DNA of 63,453 bases, counting the filler, from Rhabdomonas costata (taxonomy: Eukaryota), in assembly GCA_019059605.1 (NCBI GenBank). It is 29 parts of 29 records of this genome, joined end to end, with 100 filler letters (N's around TTAATTAATTAA, not from the genome) between each part and the next. Parts side by side here need not be neighbours in the genome. Positions count along the whole stretch, not along the records: positions 37,255 to 39,346 come from JAHMHO010005732.1; positions 39,447 to 41,540 come from JAHMHO010005733.1; positions 41,641 to 43,729 come from JAHMHO010005734.1; positions 43,830 to 45,919 come from JAHMHO010005735.1; positions 46,020 to 48,108 come from JAHMHO010005736.1; positions 48,209 to 50,298 come from JAHMHO010005737.1; positions 50,399 to 52,490 come from JAHMHO010005738.1; 22 more parts are not named here. The stretch is one strand, 5' to 3'. Both the position numbers and the translations under genes were made by a program. How positions within the stretch are numbered: the stretch's first letter is position 1; each line of letters opens with the position of its first letter. The notes under the pieces are model-generated. The model saw only the letters and a list, made by a program, of their open reading frames with translations. It had not been told where the DNA came from and did no database searches. Positions 38,434-51,220 of the stretch are shown here, piece by piece.

Positions 38434-39270
38434 ATGGCTAGCCTCGTGGAATGGTACTCTGAGGAGACGGTTAGCCACCCTCTCGCCACCAAAGCTTTGA
38501 CCTGCTCGTTCATTTACAGCCTTGGTGATGTTGCGGTACAACTCCTGGACCGCCGCAAGCGGTTCGACTGGACCCGCCTACTCGCCGTCGCGCTGTATGC
38601 GCTGTTTGTGATAGGTATTTCCTCCTGCACAACGCCATTATGTTGAACGAAGTATTCATCGAAGGCACTCGCAAATTACTCGAAAGTGAAAGGTCTGAAT
38701 CATTAGTTGAAGCAAGCCAAGGGGTGATGCGCGGGGCATGTCACTGGACCACCAGGACTCGGAGGACTGTTCTATCTCCGAAGTCTCGAGTTCAAGAGAG
38801 GCATTTCACTTTTAATTCCTTTTCTGTTGCATCGGGAACGCAGGGCCGGTTTCTCACTACTGGTACGAACTTCTCGAGCTTGGAGTAACTCAGTTTCTGG
38901 GTGCTGCAGGATGGCAGGTTCGCGTTGCGGTTTTTGAGTGTTTTGAATATTCTTGCTGCCCTTCCCAGACCCAAAGCAGGCAACTCCAACCGAAGTTTGC
39001 AAGAGCCAAAAAGTTTATTTTCTCTGACGTACTCTGACGAACTTTTGAAAGGACTCCAACCAACAACGTAGAACTTGCCGGGTGTTTTCACCTCAACGCG
39101 TTAATCAGTTTTGGAGGCAAAGTAAACAATTGAAGGTATCTCTGAGATTGTGGCTTGATGAATATTTTTTGATATAGCTCGGCTGTGCTATATCAAATAT
39201 TTGTCCCGCAAAAAGTTCTGCATTTTCCAAACGCAGGTTATGTCTCGCTTGATCCTTGATTCTGTTTCCT
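38434..39270 (+). CDS. Mpv17/PMP22 family membrane protein, 5' exons
   Basis: Exons 38434-38614, 38844-38917 and probably from 39238: WY......HPLATKALT.....LGD...Q.....FDW.R....GPVSHYWY..L. 3' end uncertain. Confidence 0.9.
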
Positions 39271-40732
39271 CGAAAGCGAGCTCAAGCTGCTTCCGTATTT
39301 TGCAACACCACCACCGGAACTTGGAGACGCGATTTTTCAACAACACNNNNNNNNNNNNNNNNNNNNNNNNNNNNNNNNNNNNNNNNNNNNTTAATTAATT
39401 AANNNNNNNNNNNNNNNNNNNNNNNNNNNNNNNNNNNNNNNNNNNNGTGGTGGGTGTGTTTGGTTTGGTGGTTATTATCAGCAGCGGATTGTTGTTTGGT
39501 GGAAACCAATCCTAACTCATGGGTGGCCCAGCGGGTTCCCCTCTTTCTTTCGTGCCTCCCCGCGTGTACTGTGTAAGCGGAAATAGCGACTGCCTTGGCG
39601 GGTTCCTCACCTTGATCGTTTGTGTTCCCGGTTGTGCGGGTGGGACGACCCAAAAGTGAGCTTTCAAAAAAAGCCCCAAAATAAAAAACTCATGGGTTCC
39701 ATTGGTGACAACCAAAAAGAACTCATTCCCCGAACCCTAAAGAGGGTCTCCGAGGGGTGGGCTAGGGGTTGGGGGTTGTCGTTGAATCCCTGGAACCTGA
39801 AGAACAGCGCCAGAAACATCCGGTCCAATGAGGCAACTGTTGGGAAGACGCAAACACACGCGGCCAGGACAAAATCTCTTTCGTTTTGTGCGGCCCAAGG
39901 TGAGAGGAAGCAGAGGTATACACATTGTAGACGACCGTCACGCATTGCGCGGCCGACGGCCTTTCGAGAGCTTGATAGGGGCCTGGGAGGAGGACACAAA
40001 TACGTGTCTCTCCGTCTCTTTCCTCACCAACACTCCAATAAAGCATTTACATAAGCATTCAAACTAAAGCGCGACGCAGCACACAATTCACAAGACAGTG
40101 AAGGCCTGACGAAAGAAGGGAGGTGACAGGGGTGACAGGAGAGGACAAAAGAGGAAAGGAAACGCAGGGCGTGGTCTCCGACAGTTCATATCACTGAAGG
40201 GACGCGGTGCAAAAGTCATGCCAAGAAATACTGGTGACCCCATACTGGGCGAACATGCAGCAGGTAACCAAAAACACCTGAATCAGCCAGCCGCCTTAGG
40301 TACACCAGCGCCAACATAAAGAATTGACCATACAGAAGGTGCTTGCCACGCTGAACGTGGCAAGCACCACGTGCTACGATATCATGCAAGGGATGGGGAG
40401 CGAGCGACATGGGTCGAAAATGGGATCCAACCTGGCGCATGCTCGCCATAGACAATCACTCAAAAATACATGCGAAGAAACGAAGCAGCTGGGTGCTGTG
40501 TATGTGTGTGTGTGTGTGTTCGTGCGTGGGCACAAACCACTGGGTTTTGTGTGTGCGGAAAGAAACGGCCAAACAGAATGATGCATCTGCTGCCCAGAGG
40601 CTTTCCTAAGATTGTCATAAGAGGGTCCAAACTAATAGTCAGTAAGAATGTCCGCCCGCGATTGTTAAAAATGCCGTCGCCTCCGCTCAATGAGGCTCTC
40701 GCAATGCACTGGACCTCACCCCGAAAAACCCT

Positions 40733-41540
40733 TCACTTCGTCACCCGCAGCACTCCGTCTCGCGGAGAGGTGCCCTCGGCAGCCCTCTCGCAGGCCTCCA
40801 CCAACACCCGTGAGGGGCTGTCCGAGGGCAGCACGGAGAGGGCCTCGCGGAACCACACCACGGCAGCCTCCGGGTCGCCCTCCGAAAACAGGCCGATGCC
40901 CTAACAGCAACAAAGCAACGTACAGCACCACACCCACCAAACTAATGAGATGCGCAGGCATCATAGTGCCCAATCACGTTCGTGTGCCACCGACACGGAA
41001 AAGACTACATGCAAATGCAAGGCAGCGGAGTTTCAGAGATGCAGCAACAACGAGACGAGAGGACAACGCACTTTCTCGTAAAGGCTCGATGCCCGCAGCA
41101 CCGAGTCGCGAGAAACCCAATGCCACAGGTACAGCACCTTTGCGTCCCCACCTGAGCGAAATCCCATACCCCAACCCGAAATACCATGCAAATGCACAAC
41201 TCGCACTGTTGGATGGAAAAGGAGGTGAACGGGAAGGGCAGTATGAGCTAAAAGAAATAAAATCAGCATCGACACAGCCGAATCTGTTCACAGGATCTGG
41301 ATGTGTGGGTGGGTATGTTGCCAGATGCAGATTTCCAAAAGCACGCAGGGGCCAGACGGGACCTAGTGCTCCAAAACCCACCACACCTTCAAATACAAAT
41401 GGCTAGGTTTCGCGTTGGCACGTTGGCACGTCCGAGCGTAATCGCGCGCAATCGGCACACCGGGCTCGGAGCCTTGCGTGGGGGTGCCAGGCTCGTCTTG
41501 CTCGAACAGCAGCTCGTACACCACCACAGTCTGGGCCTTG
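40733..41540 (-). CDS. Class III adenylate/guanylate cyclase, C-terminus
   Basis: Exons 41540-41461, 41151-41072, 40900-40733: KAQTVVVYEL (end of catalytic domain), then YEKGIGLFSEG...A...F.EAL...PSDSPS......C...DGVLRVTK* helical tail. Confidence 0.75.
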
Positions 41541-41640
41541 NNNNNNNNNNNNNNNNNNNNNNNNNNNNNNNNNNNNNNNNNNNNTTAATTAATTAANNNN
41601 NNNNNNNNNNNNNNNNNNNNNNNNNNNNNNNNNNNNNNNN

Positions 41641-43419
41641 GTGGTTGGGGTTGACTGGCAGCTGCTAGTCAACCCCTATCACCACTGGTGCGAACTTTTT
41701 GGCCTGCAGCTCCACCTCATTGAGCTTCGCCCTGAAGTTCAAGCGACAGCCGCGCACGTGGAGTCGCGCCTTCCCAAGACTGTTCTTTTTGCTGGGCGCT
41801 TTGTGCTGAACAGACGTTTTCTCCTTACATGCAAGATCTTCGAATAAAAAACGTTGTTGCGGAATTTGTGCAGTTGCAGAATGATAGCCTTAGCTGTCAT
41901 TCTTTTTGAAAAGACCGCGCCATGACGGTTTGAGGGTGGGACTACAATATGAACAGAGGGAGCAGGGGATCCAAGCGATTAACCCCGTTAAAGTAGCGTT
42001 AAACGGTCCTAGATTTTCTTAAACGTGATTTGGGGGGGGGGCTTTTGCACAAGTCGAAGTAATTTTTCATCAATTTGTTCAAATTGAAGCGAATTGAGCC
42101 GAACTCTACCGGAGCTGCCTTTGTCTGTGCCGACAGGGTTGTGATGGGGTGAAAATTCCGCACTGTGAAACGGGCACGTGTTTCAATTTATTTTGGGGGT
42201 TAATGTCTTTGCAATCAGTGCATAGACTTGTGCAGCGATACGCAGCTTGCCTGACATTGTTGCTCTCAACTCGTTTACGTTTGTGCGCGGATGTCTTCTG
42301 CATCAACCACCCGTGAGCTGTCATTGCTTTCAATAATCTTGCTGCTTTTTTGATCCGCCTGGTGGCAGGTATCTGGGCAGTTGTAAATATTGAAGACTGC
42401 TTCACCTATTTCTGGCTTTCAATTACAGAGCCTTGTTCTTCTTTTTGTTCGGCGCTTTTGTTTTTGGTTTTGCTTTCCTTCCTCCTCACATTGGAACCGT
42501 CCTTCTCTCCCGCAACCAACACCCGGCGTTGTTGTGACTTTCTCGCTTCTTTGCGCTTTCGTTGTAGTTTTTTCTTCTTCGGTGTAGCTTCTTCTTCTGC
42601 TGCTTCTCTTTTTCCCGTGGTGCGATACGCGCTGTGGAGGCACCGCTGAGAAATGGGTGTAGTTTGTTCCAGCTGTCGGTACTGCGGTGTGGCTTCCGTG
42701 CAGCCCCAGCCTCGCCGGGTAGGCTGGGGCACCACCTCCCCACCCGCACCGGTGCTGTTCCAGCAATCCTTCTTCACGATTGAGGGGCAGCCGGTCTTCG
42801 ACCCCTTCCTGCGCTCGCCCCCGCCCTCACACTTTCCTCCCTCCTTTCAATGCACGTGAATGCGCAAAGGACACGCCAAGTAGGGCCGGCCTTTTCTTGC
42901 AAGGGACCTGTGGTTTTAGTTTTTAGTGGAGAAGATATGGTTTAGTCAAGGTGAGAAGAAATCACAGCTTACCCCTGTCCAAAAGTCCAAAGGGAACATT
43001 TGGGCAACACTTTTTCACCTATTGTGGTGGTGCGGTGGCACGGGTAATATTAAACTTGCAGATGAGTCCGAAAAAGTTGTCAGAAAGGTCAAATGTTGTT
43101 TCCCAGCTTAGACCCAGTCCGGTCATGTCTAGAAATTTTCGATGGGGGTAAATTTTCTGCGAGAAAATGTCGATTTTATCGAAAATAAAAGCATTCCAAG
43201 CATTGCTACTAATTGTGCTGGTGCATGGTCATAAAAGGCAAGGCCCTGGTGTCTTTTGCTGACCCATCCCCCGTAGAAAACTCAGTGTATTTGGGGACCC
43301 CCCCCCCCAGTTTACAGTGCATTTTATGGGCCCACAGGATGCACACCTCACCTCTTGTACCTGTAAGGACAAGATAGAAGATCTCGCAGTTATGGCGGTG
43401 CACGTGCCCCTACGTGCAG
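41641..43419 (+). CDS. Possible GT61/EOGT-like glycosyltransferase exons
   Basis: VDWQLLVNPYHHWCELFGL resembles the EOGT VNMYHHFCDF motif; later exons (~42700-42793, 43378-43419) have uncertain boundaries. Confidence 0.4.
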
Positions 43420-43892
43420 GTGCAGGTGGGATGAGAATCGTAGCCCCCCACCCCCCGCAGCGTCCTTACTTAGTAGTGAATTCTGGTCAGGTATACCTTC
43501 ACTTTTGGTTTCCTCGAAATCACAAGGAAACCTGGGGTGCGTAAAATGCGTCGTAAACTGGGAGTACCACGCCAAATGCTAACCTTACACTGGGAGCTCT
43601 GAGGGTTCGTAAGAAGCCAGAGGCAGGACCGCTTCACTAGAAATCAGCTCTGAAGGCAGTTGTTGCGAACACATGAATCCGAAACATAAAAACAGGAATA
43701 CACTATGTCGCAGAACACCGCTAAGCTTANNNNNNNNNNNNNNNNNNNNNNNNNNNNNNNNNNNNNNNNNNNNTTAATTAATTAANNNNNNNNNNNNNNN
43801 NNNNNNNNNNNNNNNNNNNNNNNNNNNNNGACGGTGGGTGCCGAAGTGAGAAATGCGTTTGCTTCGGGTAGTGTTGGTGACCTGGTGCGCGT

Positions 43893-45808
43893 GTGTTGAT
43901 TCACAGCAGTCCAATTTCTATTATTATCAACTTTTATTATTATTATTATCAACCTTTCACTTTTCAATTGTCTTCCTTTCGTCACCTATATTCACAATTC
44001 ATGGGATCTTTTGGTGCCTCGTCTCCGTTTGTTGTGTTGTCCACTGGGTTGCTTCTGATACTTCTGGAGCCAGCCTACTCTGCGTCTCCAGTGGGCCTTA
44101 GCGATGCACTCAACGTCTTCTTTTCCATCGCGGACTGCCGCGGCACCCCTGTAACCGACAGCAAAATTTTGAATGCGACGCAGCCTGCTGTGTGGCTGCG
44201 CTGTGCAATGCGTTCGGGCCCGTACCCATCGGTAGCCGTGGTGATGCCCACCCCAGCCTTTCGGGTCACCCCTATGCGAGTGGAAAACGTGAAGCAGAAC
44301 ATCCTGGAACCTCTCCATGCTGACCTTTTCTCCCATTTCTTGTATGTGAGCGAGGAGCCACCGCTGGTAACCCTGTCTCAAGTGTCGAGCATCGCTACCG
44401 GGTTGCTCATTGAAAAACAGCCCACCATCCGTGATATCCAGGACTTGATCCAGACCCGCCCACCACCGCACGCTGCTCGGCAGTATTCTCGGATGTTGGG
44501 AAACACGATGAGCCCCGTTTACGGAAAGATCAAAAAATGGGGCACCCTTTTTGCTTACCGCACAATGTCTCTCCTGTATAGATTGCTCGAAGTGTATGAG
44601 AATTCGCAGCGGCAGGGGAGAAGATACACCCATGTCATATACTCCCGGATGGATCTGCGATGGTTGCTGCCCCATCCATCACTGAGCATTCTGGACCCCA
44701 GCGGGTGTGGGTGCACTTTTATGACGACTTTGGGGGTCTCAACGAGCGGCATATAATCATGAACCGCACTGTAGCCCGAGTGGTGCTGTCACGGTGGGAC
44801 GCGATCTTGGATGGCTCCGCGCTGACCTCTTTGTGCCTGAAGACCCAAAACTCGGAATTCTTCTTCATGGTCTGGATGCTGCAGCATAAGATTCCGATCG
44901 GCCGCCACCCCGGTTTTGCATTTGTAGAATGCTGCCCACCGGAGGAGACGACGTGCGGGCACTCTGTGTGTTGGAGGGTCGCAGCCTTTTTATCCTGCGC
45001 TTAAACTGTGACGGAGCGGCGTTGAGGAGCCGCTCTTTTCCATCCTCCGCACTAACTGAGGAGAGTATTATCATAGGCCTCGAAAATTCCCCCAAAATTG
45101 ACTTCCAAAAGTTAATTATAAGGGTTAGTCCTCGGTTTTGGAACACCTCACAAGTGAGCTACAGGTTGTCGAATGCGCCTCCTGGCACCACAGTGTCTCC
45201 ATTGCCGCTTTAAGGGTAGAGGACTGCTAACACAATTGGTGATTTGGTCTCGCAGTCCTTGCGAGACCAAATCAGAGATAGTAATGGGGTGCGGTTGATC
45301 ACGCACCGATTAAGGTAGTGCAACCTTACTTTACACTGCATTGGGTTCTTTCACTGGGCTGTGGATGTCTGAAGGGAGGTGCTGGGTCAACTCCCCACCC
45401 CCACCACAGCAACCTTTTTTCGAACGTTCTTGGACCTTCCTATACAGCTTTGAGCGCAGGTGTGGTACAGGTTCCAAGGGATCGTCGAACACAACCATGG
45501 TAAAATATGTTGGTCATGGCCAGGCTGCTCTTGAGCAAACATCGGCTCTTCTAAACCACCCACTGCGGAACAGCACTGCTGTTTGGACCTTGTGCCGTGG
45601 GGATCCATCGTTAGTGGTGCTCTGCAACCAGACTCTGCCCTTCCACCGTAACGGGCGGGGTAAGATGAAGCTGGATCCGTTTCACCACAAGAACTTTCTG
45701 TGCCCGCCTCAGTGGCGCCCTGAGTTTCGGGCGTGGTCGAACCATCCTTTAGCGATTGAAGGCTTGGGCGAGTGTGACTGCAAGTTCAGGGTCCTCTCGC
45801 AGGACTGA
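43893..45808 (+). CDS. Membrane-anchored putative glycosyltransferase-like protein with one frameshift near 44699
   Basis: Hydrophobic N-terminal segment; YTHVIYSRMDLRWLLPHP..LDP / QRVWVHFYDDFGGLNERH across the shift; probable intron 44968-45459; start codon uncertain. Confidence 0.6.
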
Positions 45809-47396
45809 GATGTTGAGGCTGCAAGCGCTCGTCTTTGCTCATTTTTTTCCCGTTTCTGTTGCCTGTCTATTCCGTCCTTATACAGAGTGTTTGATTTCCG
45901 CTTACAGTCCATGAGAGGGNNNNNNNNNNNNNNNNNNNNNNNNNNNNNNNNNNNNNNNNNNNNTTAATTAATTAANNNNNNNNNNNNNNNNNNNNNNNNN
46001 NNNNNNNNNNNNNNNNNNNGGGGTTGGCGGGAGCATCCACCTCTGCTCCAGCCAGTGCTGTCATAACCGATGTTATAGCGCCCGTCCAGTCCAGGACCTT
46101 CAGAGCCCGTGAAACCGGCCCAGAGAGGAAAAAAGGATGCTCATTTTTTGGAAATGTTGGTTAGGGACCACACAAAGGGAGGCAGTTTGGAGGAGAACGG
46201 CAGAAATTAGTGCTGTGCTCAATTCAATTATCGATTCATGTTTTGTAATGCTAACCGGCCTCTTATTTCAATTGTATATCTGGCGGGCGCAGCAGAGCAG
46301 CAAAGCTAACACCCAGTTTTCAAAAATATATAAATGTGGTCAACATCGAATTTGAACCGTTGCGGCCCAAGACAAACTGGAAAACATAGCTGCTAATGAA
46401 TTCTTCTGAGGGTATTCCTGGGGACACGTGCATCGCCCTCTATGGTGGTGTGACTGGAGTGACGCTGGGCTGGGTTAGTTTGCTATATGCGGCGGACGAT
46501 TGGCTCTTCAGCACTGCTAAACGACCGAACATATGACGCATGAGTGATGTTGAGTGTTATTGTGCCAACTATTTCTGAACGCATTTATAGCACAACAACC
46601 GAACTTGGACCCGCCCCGAAAATGCCCAGGTCCGCCTCGTTTGCAAAGCAAAGGGCTAATTCTGATGATTCAAAAACCACACGAGCCTACAGCAGTGCTA
46701 AACGTTCAACGCACCCATGACCCCCACCCTCTGCGTAAATACCTCTTTATTTGATTATTTCTCTGCGCACTCCGTGTGCTTGCTGGCACTTGTTTTTTCA
46801 ATTGCGAGTGTGGATCCTCACAGAGGCTCAAAATACTTCGCACGAAATCCCATGGGGCAAAGCGGAGGCGACAGACAAGCGAGAGGAACACGAAAAAAAC
46901 CAGTGACGTAGTCTGCCATATTCGCAGGGAGAGATGCCGCGGTGGTGGGAAACCCGCACTGCAGCCCGGAGAACGCAAATATCACAATCTCTGCGCAGAA
47001 GAGATTGGACGGCGTGTTGTATTCATCTTAAAATCGGAATGGTATTCTATTGGTACTGGGTTTATTCAACCTCTTCCGGATTAAGATGCCTTAGCTTGGG
47101 CTGTGGTTTCCGTTTAACGGCTTGTTCCAGTTGACGCCTATTCACGCCCTTGACTAGTGCTGTTTTGCCGACGTACTCCTTGTTTGTGTGGTTACAGAGA
47201 ATGGTTCGCAGTAAAAATATTGATGGGCTTCGGCTATCCCTCGCTGCAACCATTTCTGTGGTATGGTCATTAAATGCGCCAGCTCACGTCCGCATCTGAT
47301 ATGTTGCGCAAACCCACAATAATGTCCAACCCCCGCCCCATAGTAAACTAAAGCCGAAGACAACCCGACGATACAATCACACACGCACGCACACCA

Positions 47397-47755
47397 AGGG
47401 CCTTCACGACCACGGCGGTCCACACCACAGCTCGGCACAGCCGAAGCCACGGCAACGGGGCCAGCCTCTCCGCCGAGTTTACCAAGCTCAGCAGCTGCGA
47501 AATGCCCGAAAGCACCCTGACCACCACGGGGTGGTTCGCCAGCGAGGACCCCGTGGACGGCAATGAGGGCACCGGCGCCGAGGAAGTGGAGGATGAGGTA
47601 GAGGAGGAGCTCGTGGACGGTCCCCCGGTGGTGCCTATTGCCGTCGCCGAGACATTGAAGGGCAGAATAGGAGTGGGATAGGTTGGAGGACAGGCCGAGG
47701 CGGTGTGGGGACTGACACCACAGCATGGGGAGTCGGAGCGTGCAGAGCGTGACAT
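47397..47755 (-). CDS. Ser/Thr-rich exon followed by a hydrophobic segment, hypothetical
   Basis: Open frame ending ...AVVWTAVVVKAL G|gtgtgc. Confidence 0.3.
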
Positions 47756-48699
47756 TCCCGGATTAATGGGGGAAGTGGTTTTCGCGATTGATCAGAGCAG
47801 CACACGAGGCGGAGGATGCGGAGAAGTCGAGATCGCCAATCACTGCACTTCACGGAACAGAGCGACGTCTGAACACACCGATGCACAAGCTCTCGCACTT
47901 ACGCTCTCACTCACACTCACACGGGGGAGTGAAGGGAGCAAGCGCGGTAATAAGAACACACAGCGCGAAAGGTAATTAGTGAAAAGTAGTTGGACCAGCA
48001 AGCGCTGTCAGCGAATGAGAAGATGAGGTTGAAAATGACTTCTTCACGAAGGGAACGTTAATTGGTGACTTGTTCTAGCAGAGTTTATGAAGCCTTTAAA
48101 AAACCACANNNNNNNNNNNNNNNNNNNNNNNNNNNNNNNNNNNNNNNNNNNNTTAATTAATTAANNNNNNNNNNNNNNNNNNNNNNNNNNNNNNNNNNNN
48201 NNNNNNNNTGATGGTCGTTGCGGATGTGGGCGGCGAGTTCAACACAGGATTCACCGGAAGGATGTGACAGTGCTGTGGAGTTGCAAAAAGCATCGCTACG
48301 CAGACGTACAGACGCACGTACACGAGAAATGACAAGAACCACATCAAATGTACCCCCAAAAGATCATCTCGAATTCAGTTCAGGTAGAGCATTAGAAATG
48401 CAATGAAATGCTCAAATGCTAAATGCTGTGGACCCATACGAGCACACGGAGGCAGATGCCATTTTATTCTGCACAGGCACTCATAAAAACATGAGGAGAA
48501 GCGCAAAAAAAAATACCCAGCGCTCTGCCCAGAGTGTTGGGTCCAGGCTCATATGTTGGTGAGATGTGAGTACTACTGAGATGAGTTAGTTGGTTGGCGA
48601 CTTGTGCCCTCTGTTCTAAGCCGAGTTCTTGCTGTCATTTGGACACTGTCCCCCATTTATACCGTTCCATGTGGGATCAGGAGAATGCCCTTCCATCGG

Positions 48700-50075
48700 A
48701 AATGCAGAAACCCCGGACCTGAAAGGGTGGGCTTTCCACGCCCCCCGAGAGCTGGGCCAACAGAAGCGGCAGAAGACGATCCGGATCCGAGGCCAGCCCA
48801 TGCAGAACTTGAGCCTGCACTGAGACGGGTAGCTCCTCAAAGCTTCGGTGAATCTCTGCAAAGCGGGCCTGGGTCACCCCGCTGGGGAGCCGGACAAGGC
48901 TCTCGAGTGCGGCCCGGCGCAGGGCGGATTGTGGCCCCGAGTGGCTCGGGACGCTCCCCGAAACACCCCAAGGAAAGCTCTCTTTTTGGATCCTCCGTTG
49001 GTTGCATCGAAAGTAACAAAAAAAAATGAAAGAAGCGACGCGGGGAGACGCCACCCCAATGATGGGCTCGCAATTAAAAGCATTAGTCTAGATGAATTTT
49101 TTCTCAGCACGTTACGTGGAGCTATGAAAGCTGACCTCATTAACCGGAATCCAGGAATCCAGGCATGTTGTATGTGTAAGAGCTGATGGGGAGGACAAGA
49201 GTTAGCTGAAGCGCAGGCATGGTAATTACCGCCTAAGGGACCACATTCAGGGAGCATCATAAAACCATGGCCAGGCAACATTTTTCCAGGCAGCCCCCAC
49301 CGAAACAGGGGAGATGCTGTGTCTTTGCTTTCCTCGGGCGTTCGCAGGTTTCTCGAGCCGCTCCCTTTGTGCAACTCCTGAGGAGTAGCCTTCGCGCCGG
49401 AAGTCAGCCCCAGCAGCTGAAAGAACCGTGGGACGGGTTCCCCAGAAGGGGCACCACCCGCGTCCCTTGCTGAACTGCATACAGACGGCAAGCTGAGCAG
49501 CGGGGTCCAAGTCAGCCCCAGCAAGGACCGCAGCATGGCACTACGCATTTCCCCCGCTCGCAAAAAAGCCGACAACACAGAAAAGAACCAGCAAAGCCAG
49601 AAAAACCAGAACTTCTCGGGCGAAAACAGTGGAGCATACGAGGAAGCTCACTCAACCAACCAAAATGCTCACAGCAGTCAAGCGAAGAGAGGTAGGAGAC
49701 TCCATCGTCACGCTCGGGAACACCAACCAAGGTTCTAGAGCAGAGTGCTACCGCTATTAACCGGCACCCACCGCTCTTTCCAATAAAATCCACCAAAAAC
49801 TCACCACACCGTAACATTTTTGGGCGTCTGCCAGTACATCACTGTAAACAAGCAAGCATTTTTAGATGCAACAACGACCTGACAGCGCTTTAAACCGGCT
49901 CACACCAGAGAGTTTCCCATAAAATCAAACACACCAACTCTCATTCGAGGACTGTCAAGCCGCAGCTGGGCCTGCAGTATCGTCTTCGCCCCCCCAAAAA
50001 AGTGGGACGCAAAGTAGGCACACAATATACTGCGACATACGAAACTCTCTCTGACTTTCTTATCAAGGCACCCAA
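48700..50075 (-). CDS. Multi-exon hypothetical protein
   Basis: Phase-consistent chain MLLGALIRKSERVS|SARDAGG...SPLFR|HSGPQSALRRAALESLVRLP...PPFQ; boundaries approximate. Confidence 0.35.
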
Positions 50076-50448
50076 CAGCATCCTGACGACAAGTCCGTCC
50101 AATAGCACTTCAGTCTTTCCGACCACCGCGGAAACAATCCATCCTCAGATTCTGCGATAGGCAGCGCTCACTGCCTCGTGTTTCGCTCGGCAAGCGAGAC
50201 AGTGAGAACGTTCCGGACAACCAGAGTTTCCGAGAGACGAAGACGAAGCAGACGAAGCAGCGTCACACTTTACGCAGCTTCATCTTCACCCCAAAACCNN
50301 NNNNNNNNNNNNNNNNNNNNNNNNNNNNNNNNNNNNNNNNNNTTAATTAATTAANNNNNNNNNNNNNNNNNNNNNNNNNNNNNNNNNNNNNNNNNNNNGT
50401 GGTGGGTGTGTTTGGTGGGGGGGGGAGGTGAGAGAGGACAAGCTCTCA

Positions 50449-51220
50449 CCAGCTCGTCGTTGCGGAACTTGTGCAGCTCCACCTCCTTCTGCAGCAGGGC
50501 CACCTGGTGGCCCAACTCTCTCAGGCGGTCTTCATACCGCTGTGCCACAAGCTTTTGGACAGAGCTGTCTGAGCCGTCTAAGATGGCCTCCAGCTGTGCG
50601 CAAAGGTACAACCGTCAACCCCTTGGCATTTAAAACTCCACCAGACTCAGCAAGACATAGTAACTTGATGATTGGTGGATTGATGATTGGCTGTGAACAC
50701 TGCAGGGGTAGTACAGTTCAATAATCTAAGACAAAGAGAGAGAAGCCGCAGCAAAAGAAAATGTAGCCGCAAACTGCTGCGCCCGCATCGTCCGTCTGCA
50801 CATATCTGTTAAGAAGGAACTGCGGACCCACTAGCGACCGAGAAAAAGACGTTCTCCTCAAAAGGATGAGAAAATCCATGGAAACCACCATCATTCCAAA
50901 ACCTATTCGCGCCCATGGAGAGCCGAACAAGGGCGCCATACCAACAACCTGCAACCAGCCTGTGGTTTGGCAGAGAACACAATTTCAGACCACTCACCCC
51001 GTCTCCTTTTTCTTCTCGGAGGAGATGCGGCACAACTTTTTGCTCCAAAACACGGTTGAGCTTCTCCAGCTCCGCGACTTTTGTGCGTTCGGCCAGAACA
51101 CTGACATTGGCCTGCTCCGTGGCGTGCTGCAGTGCCCGCTGGTGCTCCGCGGCCTGGCTTTGGGCGGACAGCTGGAGCTGCAGCTCCGCCCTTTTCAACT
51201 CCTCTTCCCGCGCCACGGCC
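50449..51220 (-). CDS. Coiled-coil protein exons
   Basis: Two phase-0 exons rich in E/Q/L/K/R heptads (AREEELKRAELQLQ...LEQK|LEAILDG...NDEL). Confidence 0.7.

Noticed and set aside
40901-41460. Apparent non-GT-AG intron in the cyclase gene (DYAR joined to GIGLF)
   Set aside because: An 80-nt exon at 41151-41072 restores the frame with two ordinary GT-AG introns.
43350-43410. Minus-strand cupin-like motif HVHRHNCEIFYLVLTG
   Set aside because: No in-frame partner exon found; a plus-strand reading fits the other exons in this contig at least as well.
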